DNA of 63,499 nucleotides, filler included, from Choristocarpus tenellus KU-1152 (GCA_964200185.2; 13 parts of 13 records of this genome joined end to end with filler, not necessarily neighbours in it), one strand, 5' to 3'; counted from the first letter of the whole stretch, positions 13,589 to 26,262 are shown. Program-made: numbers and translations. The notes: generated by a model not told the origin, from the letters alone.

Positions 13589-14527
13589 GTGGGAGGGTCA
13601 GGGGGAGGACTTGGGGGCAAGAGGGGTTATGTCTGGGGTGAGGGAGGTCAAAAGTTTTGTTGCTGAGGATATCCTTGATATAGTGGAAGTTTGCAGATGT
13701 AGAGGAGATTGTGTGGGCCAAGTGGTGGGAGTTAGAGTTGGTGGACCATTGGTATATGAAGGAAGCTTGTGGGGGAAATGATTTTCACTCAATATCATCC
13801 TGTATCTCCATTCACCTGCTCCCCTGCCCCACATTGCATATCTTTCAAACAAAGCCTATGTGTTCTTTAGGAGAGAGAGAGAGTGAGGATGGTGAGCGGG
13901 TTTGTGTGAGGCCTATTTGGATGGATTTTTCACTTAGAGGGTTTGAGATGTTTGTGAACTATCTAGGTTGTTTTTGGTTGGAATAGCCCTCCCCTAGAGA
14001 TCTGGTTGCATCCTTCTCTGTCATGCCCCATATCTGAACATGTTCTTTGGATGGGGGAGTGGCATCCACGTTGCTTGGGGGGCAAAGGTTTCTGTGGTGG
14101 GTAGGTTGGGGGGCTATGTTTGATTCTGCACTAGTGTAGTGCACCTGTTATTACACAGCCTGTGTTCACGTCAATATTGGCAAGGATGTGCCAGACCTGT
14201 ACTGTAAGCATCGTTCCCAAGGAGAGCTCAACGATGTACCCCCCACCCCACCCCCCACTAACTANNNNNNNNNNNNNNNNNNNNNNNNNNNNNNNNNNNN
14301 NNNNNNNNTTAATTAATTAANNNNNNNNNNNNNNNNNNNNNNNNNNNNNNNNNNNNNNNNNNNNCCTCCTTTCTTGTTTTTTTTTTTTTTTTTTGGGGGG
14401 GGGGCGTGGGGTTAGGGTTAGGGGAAGAAAATGAAGTGTGTACAGAGTGAATGGGAGAGGTGCATCGCCACATTGGTGTGAGCTTCTGCAAGGGAGGGGT
14501 ATAAGTAAGGTAGGGCGTGTGATTTTG

Positions 14528-14634
14528 ATTTTGATCCATGTTATTAATAGTGTAATTAATAGTGTATAGTATTTGATCCATGTTATTAATAGTGTAATTA
14601 AAAGTGTATAGTATTTGATCCATGTTATTAATAG
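14528..14634. repeat. ~42-bp tandem repeat, about 2.5 copies
   Basis: ATTTGATCCATGTTATTAATAGT occurs three times. Confidence 0.85.
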
Positions 14635-16483
14635 TATTTTATTTTTATGGTGTGGTTCTATTGACTGATGCGGTGTGGGTGGGTTAGGGTTATTTGAATA
14701 AATTTTATTTTTGATTGATATCGGAGAGGTTTGGGGGGGGGGGGAAAGGATACCAATCTGTAGGATTTTGGTCCAGTTTTCAAAGATGAATTGAGGTTTT
14801 GCAGAAGAGTGCAGGCGTTGTTCTGCTTGAAGGAGAATAAAAAAATAATAATACTGCCTCTAGAACGGTGTGAGAAGATGGTACTGTTTGACAACAGATT
14901 TCAAAATTCCGAGTTGCTTTTGGCAATGATATTTTTTTTTTTACTGAAATGATGTGTACCTCCTATCGGGATTGACTTGAGAAGTAGGTTGGGATCCATC
15001 GATTGATGTGGATTGATTTCTTGATGTGTGTGTCTGTAACATTGATTTGTGTGTGGCGTTAAAACTCCTCTGTAAGAACACATGAATGCGTTAGTGACCT
15101 TAATAGTATCATGCGGCGTGGACCATGGGTACAGGTACAGGTACAGGTACAGGTACAAGTGGTTAAGGACTGTACCGAGTTCATTCTCAAGGTCCAAGTG
15201 GTAAGAGTGGTACAAGTGGCACCAAGAAGTGATACATATGTATGTATGGTTTGACATATTATTACTATTATTGTTACTGTTATTATTATTGTTATTGTTA
15301 TTGTAGAGAGGGCATTGGTTCTGTGCCTTGAGAGGAGTCTGTGAGGTGTTTCGATCCATCATGTAGGGTATGGGGTGAGGTTAGTTGAGGTGCTTGAGTA
15401 TTGATGTGTGTTTTGGTTGTTGTGATGGTATGTTGTTTCAAGGTTTGAAAATAAGAAATAAACAAAAAATTATATATATATATATATATATATACAATGT
15501 ATTTTAATATGTATAGGTCTGTTCTAGTACTTTTGATTTTTTTATATGGTGTGTATAGATAAATGGCTGTTGGTACTCTACTCTGTCAATGAGTACTCTT
15601 TGTCTATTGGATGGCTTTTGCATTTTATTTATTTTTATCCTTGAGGAACGTCACATGCTATTAGACGCTGAATTGAGAAATCAATGTCCTTTTTAAAATA
15701 TGTGTATGTGTATGTACACTCTACTACTACAGTAGGGTGGAGCACTTTAATCACTGTCCTTTACATGTCGATATCACCTGAAAAGTTGATTTGAGTATTG
15801 TTTAGAACGCACGAGACTGAGACGGAGAGACCACATCGACGAAAAGATGTATCTGGTTAGTTAGAGACCTGGCTTGGAGAGGCAAGACACCACATGATTG
15901 GCTAACGTGGGCGGCGTGTAACAACCATAACAATGAAAAATAGAGAGAGAGAGAAAGAGAGTCGGTTATTAGAGCCGGTGAATACTACCTGCAAGCGAAT
16001 ACCCCTCTCCTGTTCCTAGGTCTTTTTTCCATCATTGGTGTTGTGGAGTCCTTCTGTGAAGGATGGGATTCCTTTGGTATTGCCAATCTATGTTGACGTC
16101 ACCTCCTTGTGTTTGTCTCATCTTGTGATTTTGATGGGTACAATGTAGGTTTTGATTGTGGGCATTTGGCTGGTGTGTTGTATTGTAGGGTAGACAGCAG
16201 TCGCTGGTGTAGGGTTGATGGTAACAGTGTGATAGAGTTGAGTAACTCTCATTGAGTAGGATTTTAGCATGTACAGTTGAATTTGATTTACAAGTATAGT
16301 TAAATACCTGTAGCTGTGGCACAAAGCGGTCCCTCCCTTCCTCTACTCTTCAGCCACCACCATCTTCATTATTGTGTGTATGCATGAATACCTACACATA
16401 CATATGTACACTAAGGGAGATGTTTCTGAGTATTGATGATGATGATGATGATGATTCCAACCTGCCCTTCTGTTCGAGCAAAG

Positions 16484-17155
16484 GTACCTGGGCCACCTGG
16501 TGGGCCATGAGGGGGAGGGGTCGCTTCTGTCTCTGCTCAAGGCCAAGGGCTGGGCCAACGAGCTGAGCGCTGGCATCTACGAGAGCATGTCTGACTGGGC
16601 CAGCTTCACGGTGTCTGTGGAGTGCACCGATGCTGGACTGGTGCGTGGTTGCGTGCCTGTGTGCGAATGAGTGTAACCCTCTTTTTTTTATATACTTTTT
16701 TTTATCATGATACTCTGTGTTAGGGTTAATGTTTTGAAGCATTATTTCCTTTGTATGTCCTGGTGTTTTCTGTGTGACAGATGTGTATGGTTAGGGTTAT
16801 AGGGTTTTTTTTCTTTTTTTTATTTCCTTGGTGTGTATGTAATCAATGTATGTAATGCGTAGGAAGATCCCAACCGATTTCTATACACTCTACTACCGCT
16901 GAAAGCTTTCCCAAAAGTGAATTTATCAACCTTCTTAGCCTCCCCCCCCCCCTTTCCTGCTGTCACTACGATGTGATGTGATGTGATGTGAAGCCCTACC
17001 AACCCATTGTATCTCTGAAGCCCTTCCAACCCCTTGACTTTGATTGTTGATTGTTGCTGTTGCCACGATTGTATCCCCCATTGCAGGAGCATGTTGATGA
17101 AATTGTGTCTGTAACGTACCAGTACCTGGATATGTTGAGGAATGAAGGAGTGCAG
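16484..17155 (+). CDS. IDE: Insulin-degrading enzyme/nardilysin-like peptidase M16, two internal exons (16484-16640, 17087-17155)
   Basis: Spliced translation YLGHLVGHEGEGSLLSLLKAKGWANELSAG...FTVSVECTDAGL|EHVDEIVSVTYQYLDMLRNEGVQ matches the HLxGHEGxGSLxSxLKxxGW motif of M16A peptidases. Confidence 0.88.
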
Positions 17156-18724
17156 GTATGGTTGATAGGAGATACTGTATGATACGTGTATGTACTCTAT
17201 TAAATGTGTACAATGTATGTATAATACTGTATGTACTATATTAAATGTGTACAAAGTATATGTAAGTTTAGTCCCCTATCTCTACCCTGTACGTGTGTTC
17301 ACATGTGATGCAAGCGTAGTTGGATTGGACCTTCCTGTGAGTTTGTGATGTGATGTGTAGTGTGATGTGGTTCTATGACATGACATGAAAAGACTTGGGT
17401 TTGTTTCATAGGCATAGTGTAGTCTAATTGTAGTGTAATTTCTCTTGTACAGACGTGTGTGTGTGTGTGTGTTTAACAGATAGGGTCAGGGTTAGGGTTA
17501 TCAGAACATGGGGTCGGTTGTGTAATTTCATTTGTGTTTTTTGTGTTTGTTGTGTATGTTTATGTTTAGAAGGGTGAGTAGTTCCGTGAGCAGAGAGAGC
17601 ACTACTACTGTTGCTGTGAAGGGGGTTTAAAAGACAAGTTTCTTTTTCTCTTGTAGGGTTAGGGTTAGGGTTAGCCTGGTGTCCAGCGAGTCATAGCATG
17701 GTATGTTGTTGTATGAGGGATTTGGTGCTGTTTGTTGTGGTTTTCATAGTCAGTACTCTTCTAGTACTCTTGAGGACTTACTTCGACAAACTCCATCGTT
17801 GTGAACGTTCTCTTTTGCAAGAGGTACTCCCAGCGCCTTTAAACTGAAAACACGTTCTTGCACTTGTGGTTGTAATTAAGTGATTAATAATGACTTGAGA
17901 AAAGGAAAGAAGAGAAAAGAAAAAGAAAGTTTAAAACATTGTTGTTTTGTTGGATGGGGAAGGGGAGTGCGCTGTGGATGGACGGTAGTTTATTTGACTT
18001 TTTTTTCTGTTGCTTTTGGAAGGCGTTATCGTTAATTTCTTGAAAAAATTTCAACAGTTGGATCGGATCTTTTGATGTGAAAGAAAAATATATGTGTATT
18101 ATTATTTTATATTTCTCATCCTTTTGTCTTTTTTTAAAATAAAATTTGAACCGTGAGTTGTTCCTGTTGGGGGCGGGGGGGGGGGGGGGGGGGGTCTCTC
18201 TTTGAATATGTTGNNNNNNNNNNNNNNNNNNNNNNNNNNNNNNNNNNNNNNNNNNNNTTAATTAATTAANNNNNNNNNNNNNNNNNNNNNNNNNNNNNNN
18301 NNNNNNNNNNNNNGCATGGCTTCCACTTTATTCCCAACCAGGAACGTACTGTACTGCTGTGTGGTCATGACTCAGGAAGAAAGGCACTTTTCGCGAGAAA
18401 TTTTTACGCGCGCGCCAAACTCGCGTGAGTATCTCTGGGATTTTGTGCCAAATCGCCCGAATACGAGATTTCCGGTACAAAATCCTATTTGTTTAGCATG
18501 TCGAAAAAAGCGGTACAAAATGGGATTTGGTACAAAATAGTTGACATAAAATCGGGGTAGCTACTGTATAGGAAGAACGGATGGTTATGATTAAAAGTAT
18601 GGGGTATCGTATAGAGATAGAAAATATCCTTGAGTACGATAGGAAATCAATAAAAGCACCATCAATCCATAACTAATACTTTTCTCATCCTCTCATCATT
18701 TTATATATTTTATAATTATGTCCT

Positions 18725-19120
18725 CGGACATTTCGCAGATGTGTCAGGGGCAAAACCAATGAAAACAATTCATATGTCAGAAAAATCCCTAAAAAAGTAA
18801 AAGTTGTAAAATGTGAAGACATTCATCTATTTAATATTTTACTGCCAGCTATGCTGTACCACTGCCTCCCTGTGTCTCCAACCTAGCTTAGTCCTGCACC
18901 CTAGGGTAAGGAGGTAGGGAAGCATCCCAAGAATCCAACCAACTCCTCCTTGCCCATCTCCCTGGTGTCTCCAGCTTAAAATGCGTGACATGTCGAGATA
19001 GTATTACTTGCGTTGTGACTGAGACTGTCTGGCGTAGACGGGATTTTTGATCGCCACTTTTCTGCTGTAGCCTCCTATCCTTCTCCCCCCTACTGCGTGC
19101 GTAGCTAGTTCATCCAGAAA
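18725..19120 (+). repeat. Dispersed repeat family B (~400 bp)
   Basis: The core GGAGGTAGGGAAGCATCCCAAGAAT...CCCATCTCCCTGGTGTCTCCAG recurs at ~19930-20180, 22160-22580 and 49485-49605, and inverted at 23400-23490 and 54145-54420. Confidence 0.8.
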
Positions 19121-19199
19121 ACGTTCCGCTTGCTTACCGAGGTGCCCAACACTTTCCACCGCGAAGGTGTTGAAGTTGTAACTACGAGGGTCAAAGATC

Positions 19200-19915
19200 C
19201 CTCGTAGTGGGTGCGCTTTCGCGCCTCAGCCGTAGCAGCAGCTCCACCATTGCTGATGGATGAGTGAGGTAGCTATCATTCGAAAGCCAACAACTTCATC
19301 TTACACATAGATATCTTCAAAATATTTTTTTTCGTTTCGAATTGGTTGAGAAACCGTCCCCTCAACACTCGTATTTTTTTCGGAAATGAAAAGAACTACA
19401 GAAAACGGACACAAAAAGACTGGAAATGGTTGTTAATCGGCCATAACGTCTCAACGAGACCTCTGATGAAGACGAGGTTACTTGCGTTGGATTCCTTGAT
19501 GTTTTTTGTCCTAAATTTATCATTCATCATTCTCATTCTCTCCCTCAATCCACCAAGTTGTGGCCACGTTGTACGTGTCTCTGTTAATGGGGATCAAGTG
19601 ATCAGAATGCCTCCAGGAGAGAATGAGAGTGATGGCTAACTAATTAAATGCAAAAACGCGAAGGAATCCAATGCAAGTAACCTTGTCTGGTCATTTTCGA
19701 CCGATCTTGCTGTTTTTGCTAGATCTGTTATTTCCGAAAAAAACTTTGTATTCAGGGGACGGTTTCTCAACCATTTTGAAATGAAAAGATATTCTGAAGA
19801 TATCTATACGCAAGCTGAAGTTGTTGGTTTTCGAACGATATTATTTGCATTTTCTGAATCTCACGTTCGAAAAAGTCCTTCACAAAAAAACAGAACGGCC
19901 CATACTTACGGGATA
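19200..19915. mobile_element. Foldback element copy 2
   Basis: Same inverted arms and core as 5005-5744, but the outer flanks are reverse-complemented. Confidence 0.8.
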
Positions 19916-20699
19916 GGAGTCTATTTATTAAACCAATGAAAAAGCCAATTCAATATCACAAGAACCCCTATAAAAGTAACAGTTGTAAATGCGAATTATA
20001 TTTTCTATAATATATTTACTATTTTACTACCACCTATGCTACACCATTCCCCTGCTACGCCTCCAATCTAGCTTAGTCCAACACCCCAGGGCAAGGAGGT
20101 AGGGAAGCATCCCAAGAATACGATAGGCCACTCCTTGCCCATCTCCCTGGTATCTCCAGTTTAAAACGCTGATACGTCTTGATAAATCCACATATATATG
20201 TTGTATATATTATAATGCCCTCTGACATTTGCAGATGCGTCAGAGGAAAAAGAGTTACTTAGACATCCATCCGCCCGTCGTCCAGTACCTGACTTGGAGG
20301 GCTGTTTCTCCTCTCCCAGGACATTTTTTTTCACGGGAGAAGAAGAGTCGTGGTCCACCATGTCTCATCTGTCTGTGTGTAACCCTAAACTCTTGATTAT
20401 TATTGTAGCTCCACTGTTATGCCTAAAGGCTCATCAGACAGCAGCCAGCCACCCAGCCTTCAAAACACTCTGAAGAAGCCTATTGTTCACACCTCACATA
20501 CAAACGCAGACGACTGCCATAGTTATGCACTGGAACCTGACATTGTGCTTGAAACGTCCCGAAGGTACTCCCTCTAAAGGGGTCGCGGTGGGACCTGAAA
20601 TCTTTATACACCCTTGCCAGCCCGTCTCACTGGATGCCCTGTTGCCTAGGAGGTGGAAGGTGTGGGAGTGGTCTTCCTTGAGAATTGTGGTGGGGTTGA

Positions 20700-21640
20700 T
20701 TTTTGGTAGGGACTTTCCCTTCCTCGTCCCATTCACTCTCACGTTCATTGTCGCCACTGCAGGCACCCCCTCCTCAAGGCAACCATGACAGGAAGACCAA
20801 TCAAAGAAAAACACTGGCCTGTAGGCTGGACATATCATCGCTAGCGCATCCATCACATAAGCGATGTGCTCTAGCATCTTGGCTGCATTCCTGTAACCCT
20901 CCCTGTTCTCCCATGCTCCATGAGGTAGTACAACCACGTCATCCCCTTCTCGTCCATGTACAGCATGTCTATGTCTCGATATTTCTAAACCTTGTCATCT
21001 AAGCCCCCCGCGGCCCCATTAGCAGAGGCTTGGCAGTGCTGACGGCGAAGGTCCTTGCGCTTGGTGAATTTCATTCTCTGAGGCACATAGGAACCCATCC
21101 CTTACCACTGTTTCCGAAGCAATGATTCCCGTTCCTTCATACTTGTTCTGCAGAGTTGAAAGGCCCATAATACCACCACGCAAAGTTCTGGCCGTCATTG
21201 ACTATTGATTACAGAGAGGGAGGGAGCAAAAGAAGCAAATTACTATACACATCTCACTATTAGAGTAATCACAACGACATAGCTGACCTCCTTCCTCCCG
21301 ATGCCCAATCGAATACTAGTGAGTACTCCTAGTATTGGAGTACTGGGCGAGCTGTTTGGAGTACTTCAGGTTAGCCTTCTTGCTATGATGATTATTCGGA
21401 GGACTCGCAGTACTCCAGAGAATTCGAGGAGCTCATCTCTGAATATGGATTCGTCCTGAAAGCAAAGCAGTGCTCGCTTCTCATCCTCGAACACCTTCTT
21501 CGATGTTACTCTTTGTCTGAGTTCAACCGAGAAGGCTTCCAGGTGCTCCTCAAAGTGCTGGTTGATGTTGAGCCACAAGTTGCTACTCTTGTCCGCTTCC
21601 AGTTGGGAACCCCCTTTGGGGGTAATGTTCCTGCTGTCCA
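20700..21640 (-). pseudogene. Decayed Tc1/mariner-like DDE transposase with a relic intron (21202-21436)
   Basis: Fragments QDESIFR|VNDGQNFAW, NKYEGTGIIASE..DGFL and NREGY..AKMLEH...RPVFFFDWSSCH, interrupted by frameshifts. Confidence 0.65.
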
Positions 21641-22159
21641 CCTTGGCCGGGCTGGCATTGATCCATTCCTCCGAGTACTCCAGTAGTCGAAAATACTCTC
21701 AAATATACTCTTTGTGGCGATGTTTCACCACATCAGCCCTATCGTGCCCATCAAACATAGGCTACTCATTTGCTTTTTCCTTGATACGATACAGGTCCAC
21801 CAGTCAATACTGACTGTTGATTGGTCCGTTTCGCACTGGTCGTTACTGTCACTAGTTCATCATCACCACATCAATTAACCTTCAGAAGATTGAGTACAGA
21901 GCAGTCGGTCTGCATTCTACGTACAGGAATAGTGTGCGTCACTTGAGTTGCATCGCATATTGATTCAAGGTTCTGTTGTTCTGTTGTTTCCCTTTTTTTG
22001 TTTTCTCTCTCTTCTTCTTAGCAGCAGAAGGTGGCAGTTGTATGGTTTACTGTTGATTATTATTTCTGTCTTGGTTGTCATTGACCCCTCATAATGCACC
22101 AATGTCACTCTGCAATAAGTGTATCTGATACACACCTAGATGTTACATATTCAGAGTTA

Positions 22160-22580
22160 AAGACATTTTGCAGATGTGTCGGGGAAAACAAATGAAAACT
22201 ATACATATGTCAGCATAAGCCCTAAAGAAATAAAATATCATAAATGTGAAAAACGCGAAGAAACACTGTGAGTGTGAAAAACCACTAATCAGTTACTTCA
22301 CCACTATCAATATTGTACTACTGTCTTCCTGTGCTTCCCATCTACCTACTCCTGCACCCCGGGGGGGGGGGAGCTAGGGAAGCATCCCAACAATCCAACA
22401 AACCCCTCCGTTGCCCATCTCCCTGGTGACTCTAGTTTGCAGCGCACGACACGTCGAGACAATGCCACTTGCGTAGTCACCGAAACAATTTGGCGTAGCC
22501 AGGATTTAACTACTCCTTTCCTGCAATATCATCCTGTTCCTATCCCCCCTACCATGTGAGTAGCCAGCTCATCCAGGAAG
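22160..22580 (+). repeat. Dispersed repeat family B copy
   Basis: Colinear with 18725-19120. Confidence 0.8.
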
Positions 22581-22584
22581 CCAT

Positions 22585-22656
22585 ATCACGCTCCAGGTTC
22601 CGATCCTGGGACCTCGAGGTTATGAGCCTCACACGATTCCCCTTCGCCAAACGTGA
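22585..22656 (-). tRNA. tRNA-Met(CAT), initiator type, possibly a pseudogene
   Basis: Cloverleaf: acceptor TCACGTT/AGCGTGA, D-stem GCGA/TCGT, anticodon arm TGAGG-CTCATAA-CCTCG, T-arm CCAGG-ATCGGAA-CCTGG. A54 and A60 are as in eukaryotic initiators. No A1:U72 pair and no downstream T-run. Confidence 0.8.
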
Positions 22657-23032
22657 AACGGAAACCCTTGTCTGCCAAGGTAACAACCCTCTCCACTGGG
22701 CACGGACTTCTTTCGTTGAGTATCTCATGAAAGAACACTGAATTAACATCAGATGATTATTGACTGAGCGATCAATGACCTCAGTTACAACACAGAATAA
22801 ATACATCAGTGCTTTGTAGTAGCACAATCACATATCTTCACAGCACAGACTACGCATTTTACTCATCGGTGCTGCTTTGCAGCACTATGATTCCTCATCG
22901 CACAAAATTACGCATTTTGCTCAGAAGTACGATGTATTGGATTCAGGTTTTAACAAGTTGCGTGTGAAAGTCAAGCTCCGGAAGTCTCGCACAGGATATT
23001 GTTAACAGTCACCTTTATGATGTAGTATCACA

Positions 23033-23307
23033 GGTCTTGATGTAAACTTCGAGGTGATGCAAGGCGTCTTGGTCGGTGATCAGCACACCAAACTAAAGCT
23101 GAGATTATAAGCAGTCGATTGGCGCAAGGAAATCCAGTCGCACAAAATAACTTGATTCGATGTTCAACCGAACCTTCGGAAATTTTCTAACTCAACACAA
23201 AGTAATTTTGCGACCGGATTTCTTTGCCCCAATTGACGGCATTTTATCTCAGCTTGAATTTATCACCGATCAGGACGCCTTGGCTCACCTCGAAATTTAC
23301 CAAGGCC
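23033..23307. repeat. Long imperfect hairpin (foldback/MITE-like)
   Basis: Arm ~23033-23150 is the reverse complement of ~23200-23307 (e.g. CGAGGTGA..CAAGGCGTC vs GACGCCTTG..TCACCTCG). Confidence 0.75.
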
Positions 23308-24279
23308 GGTCTTATCCTAGAGGCGACAGCCAACACCATACGGCAGGAATGGAGCTGTCAAATCCCGTTTGTATCAGATAGTGTCCGTCACAAAACAAGT
23401 GGCTCTATCAAGACATGACATGCGTTTCAAGTTGGTGACACTAGGGAGATGGGCAACGAGGGGCCTGCCAGATTATTGGGATACTTCCTTTCCTACTCCG
23501 AAATGTTTCAAAGTAGGTAAAATGTGTGCGTTTGAAGTAGGTATCATGTACGTATGTCTGGAACAAGGATATTGACATTTCCAAACAAACACATAAAAAT
23601 CGCAAGATTGGATTTTGCCCCCAAATGGACGTGGCTCTACCCTCTAAGATACTTTTGTTGAACTATCCCACACTGGACCCGCGGCTTTTATGGTGCTTTA
23701 ATGAAGGACAAAGAACAGCTTGATNNNNNNNNNNNNNNNNNNNNNNNNNNNNNNNNNNNNNNNNNNNNTTAATTAATTAANNNNNNNNNNNNNNNNNNNN
23801 NNNNNNNNNNNNNNNNNNNNNNNNACAAAAAGACCAAAGACACAGCCTCAAGAGGGGAGGGGGGGGGGGGGGGGGGGGGGGGGAGTCTACACCAGGTTGT
23901 CCATTTTTTTATTTGGGGCGAAATCAGGAAAAGTGAATTTACATTATCCATCCGACATATGGAACCAAATTACCCAAAAATCGCGACATAAAAAAATTGA
24001 CCCTAAATGGACAGCTGCTACCCCCCCCCCCAGATACTTCGAGTCTGATACAAATTTAACTTGACATTTTAGTCCTTGATAGATGATGTTATTTATGTAT
24101 GTCATACTGCCTGCGGCCAACTTTTTCACAGCTCATTTTATGTTTGCTTTAGCAAATTGGTAAGAGACTTCTTCTCACACAACACTTCAAAGTTGAACAA
24201 AAAATGTGAACTTCGTCTTCCTGTATAGATGCTTGGAGTGCTACATACTATGAATGAGTACATCCAAGGTCCTGGAGCT

Positions 24280-24650
24280 TCACGCCCCCACACCTTGACA
24301 TTCCCTCTACTAGTCATACTTCTACTTTTTTCTGGTGCTGTAGAAGACCAGACCTCGGTAGATGTGATGTTTCCATCGAACCACTCTCCGAAACTTGTCG
24401 AAGTATTGTGTGTTTCTCCTTTCCAACACGTCAAAAACATGCAGGTAGTAAGTACTCCAGTCTACGTGTCATGTGCACGGGAAATTTGTGTACACCTGCC
24501 CAACTTTGGCAAGTCACTCGCTATATTACTGCATCATTCGTATTGTTGGCCTTATTCATGCAAAGTAGTAATCATTTGGATCACTTTTCGCATTCTCTCA
24601 CCTGCTACTTTTATACAGTTCAACATCTGGTACATCGTGTGTGAAGAGGA
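24280..24650 (+). pseudogene. Possible very decayed piggyBac-like transposase C-terminal part
   Basis: EDQTSVDVMFPSNH...VSCAREI...NFG...FNIWYI loosely follows the piggyBac D..V.FLS..H / CP..I..YN..MGG / N..I order. Catalytic residues are not clearly preserved. Confidence 0.3.
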
Positions 24651-26262
24651 GTGTGCACGCAAACATGAGACTTACTACAAGCACATCACCAACAACCAGC
24701 AGTGGGGATATGGCAAAAGAAAAGATTGAGATGCACCACACGGAGTGGAAGTAGTTAAGAGGAAGTCAAGCTTTTCTCTCTGGAGCCATCATTATATAAC
24801 GTCACCCAGAGTTGAAAAAAAAGCTTCAATAATATTATCGCTCGTCCTTGTCAATATGAAATATTGGACCAACTCTTCCACTAACTTCTGGTTAAAGCAC
24901 TACACTTCTGATACCAACAGTACAGGCGCCACTAGATAGAGCTCTTCAACACACACCCGATCCACTCAGGCCATGCACAAGACACCAAACACAGGACATG
25001 AGCCAACAAACGTAAACTGTTTCATCCCCTCTAATCCTGCTATGTTGCTACACGTCGGGCAATGCAGCACAATTGCAAATCCATAAATCATTGGGATAAG
25101 CTACCCAAACTGACTCCAAATGCAAGGATTCAAGACAAACTTAAGATAAAACTGTTCAATCTCCTCTAATCCTGCCATCTTGCTACACATAGGGTAATGT
25201 GGCATGGGAGCAAATCAATAAACCACCAGGTTAAGAATATGAATACCTTATCTGGCTCCAGGATTCAAGACAAATTTCAGATAAACCCACAACAAAAAAA
25301 CTACTCCGAGAACAGGGACAAAGCCAAATCCCTTCAGAGACTGACCCTGCCACTAAAAAGATGAAAGGGAACAAAAAGATATCACATTGACAACAGGCAA
25401 TCGCTGTGACTGCCTGAGTAAGCCTTGGAGATGTATGGTGCTCAAAATGTTGACTTTCTTCTGCGCATCACAAAAGAAAGGGGGAGGAGCTCACTCAGAA
25501 GTGGGGACCACTCCCACCATGACTCTGCAACAGGCTGGACACCATATCTACAATAGTCTGCTGTGCAGTTTGGGACGGGCTACAAAAGCACCACACAGTC
25601 TAGTGCCTGATTCAATCTATCAAAGCAAATTGCCAGAATATTAAATTACCTCGTTGGCAATCACGCAATGCACATCAATCAGACATTCGGTTACTATTTC
25701 GTAATGAAAAAGCAAAAAAATACATGGAAAAAACAGTAAGTTGCCCTACCACACAACAAGACTTAATGAAGACGTTCCCTTACCCCCACAAAAAAAAACT
25801 CACCACCACCTCTCTTTGGGACTTTGTAACCTCGCTCACTTTCGCACAGAAAAAGTTAGACTTTCTTTATCACCTTGGCCCTATGAACATATACACCAAA
25901 CTACCATGTATACCAGTACAAGAGTCTACAGCCCACAGCTGAAAGTTTCACAAAAGATATTCAGCTCGCAGCTTGGGCATTGCTGTAGTAGAGGCAGCAC
26001 TGGTCTACACACCTTGCTGAGCATGCGGAATAATCAAATGCCCATACAGGCCCTGTGTTGATGGAAAAATTACCACCAGCGCCACCCCCCTACCTTCTAC
26101 GTTGCCACCTGCTAGCCAATTCACCGGCAGAGGTATGTCATTGTTGTGTTGGGATAAGGAACACAATCTCTCCTCTCTAAAACAATCACAACACCTCCTT
26201 GTGATAATTCTCCACTTAAATCAACAATACCACCCCAATCATCTATACCCAAATATCTCAGA

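Noticed and set aside
22160-22656. tRNA-headed SINE (tRNA-Met plus family B body)
   Set aside because: The family B copy ending near 19120 continues into non-tRNA sequence at the same position, and there is no tail or TSD.
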